Shown here: piece by piece, positions 45,830 through 55,098 of the stretch
Numbering within the stretch: position 1 is the first letter of the stretch
Layout: every line of letters begins with the position of its first letter
DNA from: an uncultured delta proteobacterium
GTDB taxonomy: Bacteria; Desulfobacterota; Binatia; UBA9968
DNA length: 64,000 bases
Direction: 5' to 3'
Assembly (NCBI GenBank): GCA_963755715.1
Contig: CAVWLW010000033.1
Span: 321,400 to 385,399, forward strand
The notes under the pieces: generated by a model
Told to the model about the DNA's origin: nothing
Databases searched by the model: none
What the model saw: only the letters and a program-made list of their open reading frames with translations
Made by a program: the position numbers and the translations under genes

Positions 45830-47221
45830 TTAACCGGGAAAGCGGGTATCGAAGCCATCGGGCATCTCCAAATCGGGATGATCCCTGAAGTGACGGAGCC
45901 AGATTTCCCGGCTCACGCGGTCTGCTTCACGAAGGACCTCTTCCTCGTCCATCGCGAGCACTTTGCCATCCCGCATGAGCCAGCGTCCGTCGACTATGAC
46001 GGATTCCACGTCGCGGGCCTGCCCTTGGTAGACGAAAACGGCGACGGGCCGTAACGTCGGGACCAGATGAGCGTGTCGAGTACTTACGACGATCAAGTCC
46101 GCCTTGCTCCCGACCTGCAAGAATCCGCAGCCTTTCAAGTTCAAGGCACGGTAGCCGTTGACCGTCCCCCAAAGCATTGCCTCCTCGGGTCTCGGGCGTT
46201 CACTCTCTTTCAGACGCAACCGCTCGATCAGCACCGCGCTGCGCAACACCTGCACCATATCCTCGGTGAATTCGTCGGTGCCCAGAGCGATCCTGCAACC
46301 GGAGGCCTCCAAGTCGGTAATGCGCGGACTGTTCCCCGAACGCGCCGCGACCACCGGGTTGAAGCTGACTGAAGCCCCCGAAGCCCCGAGAATTTTTTCT
46401 TCTTCCGGCGTCATGCACCGGCAGTGAGCGGCGACGAGCCGCTCGTGGAGAAACCCATGGCGGGCCAAGTACTCCGTAGGAAGCATTCCGTAGCTGTTCT
46501 TGATCACCTCTACTTCGCCCCAATACTGATTCAGGTGAATGGTGGCGATGGTGTCGAGTTTTTCTCGCAACTCGCGCAACGCTTGTAAGAGCGCTGGGGA
46601 AACCATGTCTGGAGCGTAGGCTGCAACCGCGACCGTGACGCGGCCGTTTTCCGCGCCGTGCCACTTGGCGTGAAGATCCGCAATCCGCTGTAAGCCCTTG
46701 TCGGCGAGTTCCGGGTCAGCCTCGAAGACGCCCGGCTCGCCGACGCGAACTCCTTTGGCCCGGTCCGATACCTGCTCGGCCAAGACAAGACGGAGTCCGG
46801 TCGCGACGATGGCTTCAGCGTAGTCCTCGATGTTGTTCGTGATATCCATGGCAGCGGTGGTGCCGCTGCGCAATGCCTCGAGCACGCCAAGGCGGGCCAT
46901 GGCCGCGCGCTGTTCCGGGCTCAGCGTCGGGAACGGAATCCGCCCTTTGCGCGTGAAAGGAGGCCGGTTAGGTGCGTTTTGATCTTCGAAGATGCCACGC
47001 GCAAGAATTCTAACAAAGTGCGTGTGACAGTTGGCGAAACCAGGCATGACCAGCTTGCCTCGCCCATCGACGCCCTCTGCATTCGGAAAACGCGCCATGA
47101 CCTCGTCGCTCGGACCGATGGCCGCGATCAGGTCGTTTTCGATGGCAATGGCGGCATTGAAGTGAATGGATGGGTCTCGATCTCCAGTCACGACGGTGGT
47201 GTGGTGAATGACGGTGGTCAT
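45830..47221 (-). CDS. Metal-dependent amidohydrolase (Atz/Trz/SsnA-like)
   Basis: PGFANCHTH, SGTT, IHLNQ, AAHC, LGTD, GSKADL. Confidence 0.87.
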   Translation of the reverse strand: MTTVIHHTTVVTGDRDPSIHFNAAIAIENDLIAAIGPSDEVMARFPNAEGVDGRGKLVMPGFANCHTHFVRILARGIFEDQNAPNRPPFTRKGRIPFPTLSPEQRAAMARLGVLEALRSGTTAAMDITNNIEDYAEAIVATGLRLVLAEQVSDRAKGVRVGEPGVFEADPELADKGLQRIADLHAKWHGAENGRVTVAVAAYAPDMVSPALLQALRELREKLDTIATIHLNQYWGEVEVIKNSYGMLPTEYLARHGFLHERLVAAHCRCMTPEEEKILGASGASVSFNPVVAARSGNSPRITDLEASGCRIALGTDEFTEDMVQVLRSAVLIERLRLKESERPRPEEAMLWGTVNGYRALNLKGCGFLQVGSKADLIVVSTRHAHLVPTLRPVAVFVYQGQARDVESVIVDGRWLMRDGKVLAMDEEEVLREADRVSREIWLRHFRDHPDLEMPDGFDTRFPG

Positions 47222-47259
47222 GCAGATTTCACCTCGACGATTAGAGGCGCGTCCAAAAA

Positions 47260-48277
47260 TCAGCGGACGTTGAAGATCTCTTGATACAGTTTTATGACCT
47301 CGGAGAAATTTTCATACTCTCCGGGGTTTTCTACGATCCGCTTGTATCCCCCGAATAGCCGGGCGGGTTGCGGCTTCACATCTTCACGGACGGGTATCCG
47401 GCTCAAGCCAACCAGCTGTTTTTGTCCCTCTTCGGAAAGCACGAAATCCATGAAAAGTTTGGCCGCGTTGGGATGAGCAGACTTGGCTCCAAGCAACAAA
47501 GGATTGATCTGCGTTGAAACCGGCTCTAGCGGCACCCAGTCGATGGGCGCGCCCTCGGAAGTCGCCCGCTGAATGATCGGCGCAAAAGAAATAATCAGCG
47601 GGAATTCTCCGGCCGCGGCGAGCTGAACTCTGTTGGTGTCGCCGCGCATGACGGATGGCTGCTGGGCGGCGAGATTTCTTGAAGTAAGCAATAGCCTTGT
47701 CCTTGCCCCAGGCGGTGATGAGGCCGCCAAGCAAATTATAGGAGGTATTATCAACGGATATCTTTTGCCCTTTCCATTTGGGGTTAAGCAGCTCTTCATA
47801 GGTCTTGGGCACCTCGTCTTTCTTGACCCACTTGGTGTTGTACCCCAAAGTGTAAGGATTGACGTAATAGCCAGTCCAGTAGCCGTTCTTATCGAAAAGA
47901 TCCGCAGGAATTTTCTTGGTCTCGGGAGAGCGATAAGAGGCCAGGAGCTTTCTCTTCATTAGGGGAAGAAACATGTCCCCTCGCGTAAGGAGCACATCCC
48001 ATAGGTGCCTGCCGGCGCGATCCTCAGCGAAGATTTTATTGAGCATCGCATCGCCGCCGGTGCGAAAAAGATCGACCTCGATGAAAGGATATTTTTTTTG
48101 AAAGGCATCCACGACCTGCTTGCTCTGGCTTAGGGTCATCGTCGTCCAATGAACTAAACGTCTTTCTTTTTTTGCGCCTTCAATCAGCGCCGAATCCAAG
48201 CCTCCCTGCGGCCAGCCGGCGACGGGGAACAAGCCTGAAAAGAGGATGACCAGAAAGGATCGCGCCAACATCTTCAC
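47260..48277 (-). CDS. Extracellular solute-binding protein (Fe3+-type ABC family), frameshift near 47675
   Basis: Signal peptide, GAKKERRLVHWTT, YNTKWV, PKTYEELLNPKWKG; AHPNAAKLFMDFVLS in the shifted frame. Confidence 0.83.
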
Positions 48278-48517
48278 CGAATTTCTCCGACGTTATTCGG
48301 CCGTTGTTTACACAAACTCAGTCATCAATTGTGGCTGCCAGTCTCCCAAGAGTCGCGCTTACGAGCCAGCGGTCGTTAAGTCTCCCTATAGTACAGGCGC
48401 AGCGCCAAAGCCAAGCTCACGGTGGGTCTTCGACAGCGACTAGCAAACATAGGGCTGCGGTTACAGTAGAAACGTTATGGCTCAAGATCGAAACTATCTT
48501 TACAGGAGGGCAGATTG

Positions 48518-48928
48518 ATGGAAAACGAAACATCGTCGACGACGAAGAGCGATCCGATTATTATCGAACAGGCGGGAATGCGCATGACCGTCGCGCACCG
48601 ACAAGGCCTCGGCGGCACCGATGAAGGGCTGACGTTCGACATCACGACCGTGGGCTCGGAGGACGAGGGAAAAAGAATTCTGCGCTTCGATTGTTTTTAC
48701 AAAAACCCCCATTATCACGTCGGCGCCTCCGGCGGCGAACAGGCGGCTCACAAGATGAAAGAGGAAGGCGTGGAAGATCCGGTCCGCTGGACTTTGGAGC
48801 AGCTCAAGACTCGCTTTCCCGCAATGGTCAAACAAGCCGGATACGAGGAAATCGCCGAGAGGATCGACCAGCAAGCGATTACCGATCAGCTCACCCGTTT
48901 AGAGCGGGAAATAATCGCCAAATACTAG
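48518..48928 (+). CDS. Hypothetical protein (RFDCF...PHYH motif)
   Basis: AGGAGG RBS; coding-like divergence from its partial duplicate at 49911. Confidence 0.75.
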   Translation: MENETSSTTKSDPIIIEQAGMRMTVAHRQGLGGTDEGLTFDITTVGSEDEGKRILRFDCFYKNPHYHVGASGGEQAAHKMKEEGVEDPVRWTLEQLKTRFPAMVKQAGYEEIAERIDQQAITDQLTRLEREIIAKY

Positions 48929-48983
48929 TCGGTGGCGGGCTCCAGCCGTGAGTTGGCACCGATTCGTCAGGTGAGAGGCCGGC
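48731..48983 (+). repeat. 253-bp direct repeat, copy 1
   Basis: Ungapped match to 49911-50163; 20 mismatches counted by eye. Confidence 0.92.
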
Positions 48984-49146
48984 CCAATGGTTTTGTTTAA
49001 GATCGTAAGAGATCTCGAGGGCTAGTTTAAGAATCAATAGACGATGAGTTGTATGTGACCCTATAGAGCATATGCCTCAGCCCAATGGTATTTTTTGGTT
49101 ACGCTGCAGAACCGGGTAGACCTCACTTTAACCAGGAGAAATCGAA

Positions 49147-49863
49147 ATGGAACCGATTGATACGCGATCATCTTCTGTATTTGGGACGACGGCCGAGCTC
49201 CCGGCCGAGATAGCCAGCGCCTTTCTCCGGAAAGTCTACGGTTGGATGTTTATCGGTCTCGCCGTCACGGCGGTGGTGGGATTGACTGTAGCCGGCTCGC
49301 CGGCGCTGCTCCAACACATCGTCGCTAATCAATTTCTTTACTTCGGTCTGATCCTCGCGGAACTCGGTCTGGTCTTCTACCTCTCGGCCAGGGTCCAGAC
49401 GCTGGCACCGAGCACGGCGATGACGATGTTCGTCATCTACTCCGCTTTGAACGGCGTCACGCTGTCGTTCATCTTTTTACTTTATACGGGGGAGTCCATC
49501 GAGACCACATTCATGGTGACCGCGGGCATGTTCGGCGCGACGGCGCTTTACGGCTCGACAACCAAGCGCAGCCTGGCCGGCGCCGGGCAATTCTTCTTCA
49601 TGGGATTGATCGGTATCATCCTGGCCTCGATCGTCGGCATGTTCTGGCACAACGATGCGCTGCAGTTCCTCATCACCGTCATCGGCGTGATCGTCTTCAC
49701 CGGATTGACGGCATGGGACGCGCAGCGGCTGAAACAAATGGCGGCAACAGTGCCGCGGGAGCGTGCTGGTTCCTACGCCGTCGTCGGCGCCCTCTCGCTC
49801 TATCTGAATTTCATTAACCTCTTTCTGATGCTCCTACGGTTGCTGGGCGGACGTCGAGATTAG
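49147..49863 (+). CDS. Bax inhibitor-1/YccA family membrane protein
   Basis: FLRKVYGWM, YSALNGVTLS, GLTAWDAQRLK, ALSLYLNFINLF; about 7 TM helices. Confidence 0.93.
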   Translation: MEPIDTRSSSVFGTTAELPAEIASAFLRKVYGWMFIGLAVTAVVGLTVAGSPALLQHIVANQFLYFGLILAELGLVFYLSARVQTLAPSTAMTMFVIYSALNGVTLSFIFLLYTGESIETTFMVTAGMFGATALYGSTTKRSLAGAGQFFFMGLIGIILASIVGMFWHNDALQFLITVIGVIVFTGLTAWDAQRLKQMAATVPRERAGSYAVVGALSLYLNFINLFLMLLRLLGGRRD

Positions 49864-49910
49864 ATCCCAGACAGAGTTGAGGAGCTGTGGTTGTGACCCC
49901 ATAGACCGTG

Positions 49911-50163
49911 GGCGGCGAACAAGCGGCTCACAAGATGAAAGGCAAAGGCGTGGAAGACCCCGTCCGCTGGACTCTGGAGCAGCTCAAGACTCGCTTTCCC
50001 GCAATGGTCAAACAAGCCGGCTACGAAGAAATCGCCGGGAGAATCGACCAGCAAGCGATTACCGATCAGCTCACCCGGTTAGAGCGGGAAATAATCGCCA
50101 AATACTAATCAGTGTCGGGCTGCAGCGGTGAGTCGGCACAGATTCGTCAGGTGAGAGGCTGGC
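49911..50163 (+). pseudogene. Displaced 3' fragment of the 48518-48928 gene (253-bp repeat, copy 2)
   Basis: Encodes GGEQAAHKM...REIIAKY and lacks the 5' half. Confidence 0.85.
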
Positions 50164-50225
50164 ACGGGTCCAGCTGAGGTATCGTCGGAGAACAGACGGT
50201 CTAGCGGGTTGCTAAAAAAGCCTCT

Positions 50226-50262
50226 TACAGGCTGCTCAAAAAGATCCAGAGGCGAGGCGCGC
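50226..50262. repeat. Fragment of repeat family D (aggctg...aaaaag...gcgaggcgcg)
   Basis: Reverse-complement match to the element at 56864-57187. Confidence 0.55.
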
Positions 50263-50359
50263 ATGGACCGATGATCGTGATCGTGTCGCAACGTGACCCT
50301 TGAAAGCCACGAAGCAGTACAGGCTAACACGAACACGAATTCGTGCGAGGAGACTCTTT

Positions 50360-50770
50360 ATGAAGATCGACGGCGCGTGCCATTGCGGCTACATCACCTA
50401 CGTCGCGGAAGTCGATCCCGACAAGGCCGGGCTATGCCATTGCACGGATTGTCAGACCTTATCGGGGTCCGCCTTTCGCATGAGTGTCCCCGCGGCAAAG
50501 GATGCGTTTAGCTTGCGCAGCGGACAACCAAAGATCTATGTAAAGACCGCCGAAAGCGGCGCCAAACGCGCCCAAGCGTTCTGCCCCGAGTGCGGCACGG
50601 CGATCTACGCGGCAGCCGTGACCGACCCACAGGTATTCAATATCCGGGTTGGCACAGCGCGGCAGCGAGCCGAGCTCCGGCCAAAGTCACAAGGCTGGTG
50701 CCGATCCGCGCACGACTGGGTTATGGATCTGAACTCCATAAAACAGTTCGACAAGCAACGGTCCGGTTAG
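50360..50770 (+). CDS. GFA/CENP-V family protein
   Basis: GACHCG, CHCTDCQ, FCPECG zinc motifs. Confidence 0.92.
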   Translation: MKIDGACHCGYITYVAEVDPDKAGLCHCTDCQTLSGSAFRMSVPAAKDAFSLRSGQPKIYVKTAESGAKRAQAFCPECGTAIYAAAVTDPQVFNIRVGTARQRAELRPKSQGWCRSAHDWVMDLNSIKQFDKQRSG

Positions 50771-50976
50771 ACCAGACTCGACAAATAAAAAAAGAGAAAA
50801 CAGTAGCAGCCTTTTTGTCATTGGGTTTTTCTAAAACCATGCGACGAAAATAGAATAATCCAAGCCTGGGACGCTGTCTGCGCTTTGTGCGTCTGACTTT
50901 CAACCGTAACGTCCTGGAGTAAGGGCTTGTGGTTGCGTAGACAATTTGCCCGGGGAGTAGCCTGAGGAGGATCAAT

Positions 50977-51534
50977 ATGAACACGAAACCGAAAGGCACT
51001 CGAGTCGGAGTAAAAGCCCCCGAGTTTCTCATCGAAACACCTCATGGCAGGCTTCCGCTGCATCATCTGGCCGCGCGACACGAGAAACTAATCCTCACCA
51101 CCCAGGATAGCTACCGATATCACCCGAACTGAGCCGCCAGCATGGCTGCTTCGTTGAAGCAGGATTATGCAAAAATTCTTAGAGCGGGAGCCGATCTTAT
51201 AATGATCTCGCCCGATTCTCTCGAAGCACATCGCAAATATGCTCTCACGCTCCTCCGCGAGGAACTACCGTACCTCTACGTCTCGGACAGCAACCTTGAC
51301 ATAGCGCGGCGCTACGGATTGATCCGCAAGACAGAGCATCCTCACGGCGGATTTTATTACCGCTCGCTCTGGATATTGAACTCCGACGCTAGGATCACGC
51401 ACAAAAGCGTTCCGTGGGAAGGGAACTCAAGCGTTGAAGAGTATCAGAGATTATTCAAGCTCATCGAAAGTGAACCAGGAGAATGGAGAGCCACTTGTGG
51501 CTTGAGAGAGCCGCAGAAGTTACACGCAAACTGA
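50977..51534 (+). CDS. Selenocysteine-containing peroxiredoxin-like (AhpC/TSA, BCP-like) protein; UGA at codon 52 read as Sec
   Basis: GAGGAGG RBS and ATG 50977, VGVKAPEF, in-frame TGA at 51130 at the peroxidatic position, ISPDSLEAHRKYA, YVSDSNLDIARRYG, RSLWIL; SECIS hairpin downstream. Confidence 0.8.
51133..51170 (+). promoter_or_regulatory. Putative bacterial SECIS element
   Basis: ctgcttc-GTT-gaagcag upper stem and gcat/atgc lower stem; apical loop starts with GU, 20 nt after the UGA. Confidence 0.7.
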
Positions 51535-51796
51535 TAAACTTGTCGACCGGCCCTGAAGGTCGCGCGCCAAGCTGTGCAGCCGTCGGAATGATTAATGGTG
51601 ATTACCAAAAACGCACTCTGAAACCTGTCGAGCCGGTGCTCGATCTCAAACTCCTCCAAGACCTCGCCAGGGCAATCCGATCGCCACACTGTGACGACGG
51701 TAGCCCACATCCACTAGATCCTGCGACCTGCTAAATTTCGATGATAGACGCGAAACGATTGGTCCACATTTATGGTTCTGTGATTGGTATTTCATA

Positions 51797-51836
51797 TTGA
51801 CCGACGAAGAATTCGATTATAAAGAATTCGCTTATA
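51797..51836 (+). promoter_or_regulatory. Promoter region with tandem 15-bp repeat
   Basis: TTGACC then aagaattcgattata/aagaattcgcttata head to tail. Confidence 0.4.
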
Positions 51837-51926
51837 GGGTTTCATTAGCAAAAATTCTAAAGCGACTTTTTCATTCGGGAGCCCGGTTGTAAACTTTTCG
51901 CATCAACTGTCTGAAGGAGAATCAAA

Positions 51927-52083
51927 ATGGTTAGACGCGCAGGCGACAAGACAGCGGAACCTCCTGGCGGTCGCGCCGCGGAGCGGCTGCGCATGTTTCA
52001 GGAGGCGCGCCACGCGAAAACGGCCGCTTCAAGCAAAGAAAAAAAAGAAAGCACCAAAGGACGCCAAGAAGGATTGCCCATGA
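51927..52083 (+). CDS. Small basic protein with EPPGGRAAERL motif (about 51 aa if one A is removed from the poly-A run near 52040)
   Basis: GAAGGAG RBS; corrected frame ends KKAPKDAKKDCP-TGA just before the RBS of the next gene; uncorrected ORF is 51927-52283. Confidence 0.55.
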
Positions 52084-52101
52084 AAAAGGGGGTAATTTCC
52101 G

Positions 52102-54369
52102 ATGAGAAGCAAGATCGATACGAAGCTCCAGCGCCGCGCGAAAAAACCGAAGTCGCCCGTCGGCGGCAAAGCGCTGCAACGATTGTTCTTTTACTTGAGC
52201 GAGCGCGACCCTGCGCTCAACAACGATGTCTTGGCGACGATCGAGGTGCCGAAGGTCGCGCGACCGCGGTTCGGGCTGACTAAAAGCGCACCACGCGCCA
52301 GGCGCGGTCGCGCCGCTGCGTCGGCGCGGGCGGGGCGCGCTGCCCCGGCGGCTAAGTCTTTTGCTTCGGCGATCATCGATGCCGCCACGGCTCTTCGCGC
52401 GCGCCGCTCTCGCGCCCGACGGCGTCGGGTAAGAGCGGCCGCCGCTCGAGGCCCTGGAGCCGTGCCCGTGTGGCAGGCGATCGGGCCATCGGTCATTCCC
52501 AATGGACAAACCTACGGCACCAATCGCGTGGATGTGATCGGTCGTGTGTCGAGCATCGCGGTTGATCCCCAACAACCGAAGCATCTGTTGTTGGGCGCGG
52601 CCGGCGGAGGCATTTGGGAAAGTGCCGACACGGGGGCGACATGGCAGCCTCGCACCGATCAGATGCCGTCACTCGCGATCGGCGCTATCGCTTTCGACCC
52701 CAAAACTCCGAAGAAAGTCTATGCCGGAAGCGGCGAAGGAAACTTTTACTACAACCTCGGCGCCGGCGTTTACAAATCCACTGACGGCGGCACGACGTGG
52801 AGTGTCTTGGCCTCGGCGCCGTTCGTGGGCATTGGCTTTTACGATCTGGTGGTCGATCCGCAGAATACGGCGGTTCTTTATGCCGCGACGACCAACGGAT
52901 TTTACAAATCGACCAATGGCGGCGGATCCTGGACCTTGAAGCGCGGCGGGACGTGTTGGGATATCAGCGTCCATCCGAGCGGAGGGTCGGCGGAGCTGCT
53001 GGCTGCGTTCTCCGACGGCCTTTTCACGTCGGCCAACGCCGGCAATTCGTTTACGGCCGTCGCTCTGCCATCGGGGCCAACGAGCTCGTGGGCGCGATTG
53101 GCGGTCGACCGCGTGACAACGGCGCCCGACGTTGCGTATGCGTTCGGCGCCGCCGGGGGAAACGCCTATTTGTGGCGGCGCGCGGGGACGATCTGGACAA
53201 GGATTACCTCGTTCCCAACGCTGAACGTGAATCAGGCCTGGTATGACTGGTACGTCGCGGCCACGCCAAACAATGCGGCACAGGTGTATCTCGGCGCCAT
53301 CGACACGCTCCGGGGAAACCTTGCGGGCTCCACATGGACATGGACCAACATCACCACGCAGGGCTCTAAGAGCATACATCCGGATCAGCACTGCCTTTCT
53401 TTCTCACCCGACAATTCCAATATTATCTACGCCGGCAACGACGGCGGCATTTTTCGATCGGCGAACAAAGGCGCGAATTGGAAGGCTCTCAACGAAGGTC
53501 TCGGTATCACCGAGATCGAATATCTCGCCAGTGATCCGAATACCTGGAAGTGGCTGATGGCCGGCACTCAGGATAACGGAACGATCCGATACACCGGCTC
53601 AACTGTCTGGGATCATATCGCCGACGGCGACGGCGGCGATTGCGGCGTCAATCAGCCGAGTCCAAACGTGGTGTATCACTCCTACTATAATGTGTCGCTG
53701 GAGCGCTCCAACAATAAGGGAGATAGCTGGAGCTCGCTCAATCCGCCCAACGTGCCGTCGCTATTCTACCCGCCGGTCGAAGTGTTCGGATCGACGGTGG
53801 CGATCGCGGCCACTGCTTTGCTAGTTACGAGAACCGGCAGCGCGCCCTGGACTACCGTTGCGCTTGGCCTCGCTTCTCAAGAAGTCTCTTCGGCTATGAG
53901 AGACATCGACGCCAACACCATTTTAATCGGCACGAATCAGGGTCGCGTGCTGCGAGTCAGCTGGAGCGGAGCGAGCTGGAGCAAGGTACAACTCGCTTCG
54001 CCGGCTTCCCGTTACATAAGCTGCATCGCCGTCGATCCCAGCAATCCGCAACGCTTCTGGTTGACGCTGTCGCAAACCGGCGGCGGCATGGTGTATCGCT
54101 CGGACAACGCGGGCGGCTCGTGGGTCAATTGCACGGCGGGGTTGCCGAGCATACCGTTCAGCTCCGTGGTGGTCGATCCGGCAAACTTCAAAAGGGTTTG
54201 GGTTGCCGCGGACGTCGGTGTCTATCAAACTCTGGATCTGGGCTCGAGTTGGGCGGCTTTTTCTAACGGACTGCCGAATGCCATGGCTGTCGACTTGCTC
54301 TTCCACAAGCAGGACCGCATGCTTATCTGCGCCACTCGGAATCGAGGGGCGTGGGTGGTGGTGCCTTAG
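52102..54369 (+). CDS. BNR/Asp-box repeat beta-propeller protein (VPS10/GH74-like fold) with Arg/Ala-rich N-terminus
   Basis: Repeated S-x-D/N-G-G-x-T/S-W boxes, GRVSSIAVDP, IHPDQH, GTQDNGT, ATRNRGAW; no hydrophobic signal peptide. Confidence 0.87.
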   Translation: MRSKIDTKLQRRAKKPKSPVGGKALQRLFFYLSERDPALNNDVLATIEVPKVARPRFGLTKSAPRARRGRAAASARAGRAAPAAKSFASAIIDAATALRARRSRARRRRVRAAAARGPGAVPVWQAIGPSVIPNGQTYGTNRVDVIGRVSSIAVDPQQPKHLLLGAAGGGIWESADTGATWQPRTDQMPSLAIGAIAFDPKTPKKVYAGSGEGNFYYNLGAGVYKSTDGGTTWSVLASAPFVGIGFYDLVVDPQNTAVLYAATTNGFYKSTNGGGSWTLKRGGTCWDISVHPSGGSAELLAAFSDGLFTSANAGNSFTAVALPSGPTSSWARLAVDRVTTAPDVAYAFGAAGGNAYLWRRAGTIWTRITSFPTLNVNQAWYDWYVAATPNNAAQVYLGAIDTLRGNLAGSTWTWTNITTQGSKSIHPDQHCLSFSPDNSNIIYAGNDGGIFRSANKGANWKALNEGLGITEIEYLASDPNTWKWLMAGTQDNGTIRYTGSTVWDHIADGDGGDCGVNQPSPNVVYHSYYNVSLERSNNKGDSWSSLNPPNVPSLFYPPVEVFGSTVAIAATALLVTRTGSAPWTTVALGLASQEVSSAMRDIDANTILIGTNQGRVLRVSWSGASWSKVQLASPASRYISCIAVDPSNPQRFWLTLSQTGGGMVYRSDNAGGSWVNCTAGLPSIPFSSVVVDPANFKRVWVAADVGVYQTLDLGSSWAAFSNGLPNAMAVDLLFHKQDRMLICATRNRGAWVVVP

Positions 54370-54396
54370 GAGTTCGGCGACAAAAAGGAGGATCAC

Positions 54397-54540
54397 ATGG
54401 ATTTCATCGAGCGGATGTTCGGTATCTCGCCAGACGGCGGCGACGGTTCGACGGAGCTGATGCTTCTCACGGTGCTTGTCCTGATTGCCGCGGCCTTTAC
54501 CTGGCGATGGTTGTCCAGAAGATCTTCAGAAAAGGTTTAA
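54397..54540 (+). CDS. Small single-pass membrane protein (47 aa), missed by the ORF track
   Basis: AAGGAGG RBS; MDFIERMFGISPDGGDGSTELMLLTVLVLIAAAFTWRWLSRRSSEKV. Confidence 0.7.
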   Translation: MDFIERMFGISPDGGDGSTELMLLTVLVLIAAAFTWRWLSRRSSEKV

Positions 54541-55025
54541 TCACGCCTTCCAGAGGCGGTGCGCGGTTGCCACACTAACCGTCGCGATGCAGCGTTGAAC
54601 GCCAGGAGCTTCTCTGGCCATAGCTTTTCAGGCGATTCAGGGCGATGTCGCGCAGATCGATAGCCGAGCCAGAAGATCAAGCCTGCGGATTTCATTCGTT
54701 AGGGGATTTTCTCGACGGGGTGATCAGAGGCGGTTTCTTTGATAACTCTGCGCGAAAAATCGTGATGCTTGCTGCCACTCGGCCATAGCAAGATACTTGA
54801 CCGTGTTCTTTGCGAGTCGCCTGACGGTGATCTTAACGTCCATGGGGAAAGGTAGGGGTCTCACCTAGATACTTTGCAATGGCTGCGAAGTAACTGAGTT
54901 GGCTTCGTGGGTGAATCCTCGCCGCGCTTCACGCGTCACACTCCAAACGGACCGAGTCATTCCATTTTGTCAGAGATTTCCGGCAAGACTTTTTTGATGT
55001 CTCATGACCCTGCAGCCCAGTTCAA

Positions 55026-55063
55026 GTTGACAGCAAACGCGTCAACGAATAATTTCAACGCAG
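55026..55063 (+). promoter_or_regulatory. Promoter/operator copy 1 (GTTGA-N11-TCAAC overlapping the -35 box)
   Basis: 33/38 identical to 59161-59198; TTGACA-17-TAATTT. Confidence 0.65.
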
Positions 55064-55098
55064 AAGAGTAATGTTCATGTCGGCAAAATGGAGGAGTG

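Noticed and set aside
51535-51734. Short ORFs on both strands downstream of the selenoprotein gene
   Set aside because: No RBS or recognisable motif; cannot be supported
54600-54845. Degraded minus-strand ORF starting MDVKITVRRLAKNTVKY
   Set aside because: Short, interrupted, and not assignable to any family
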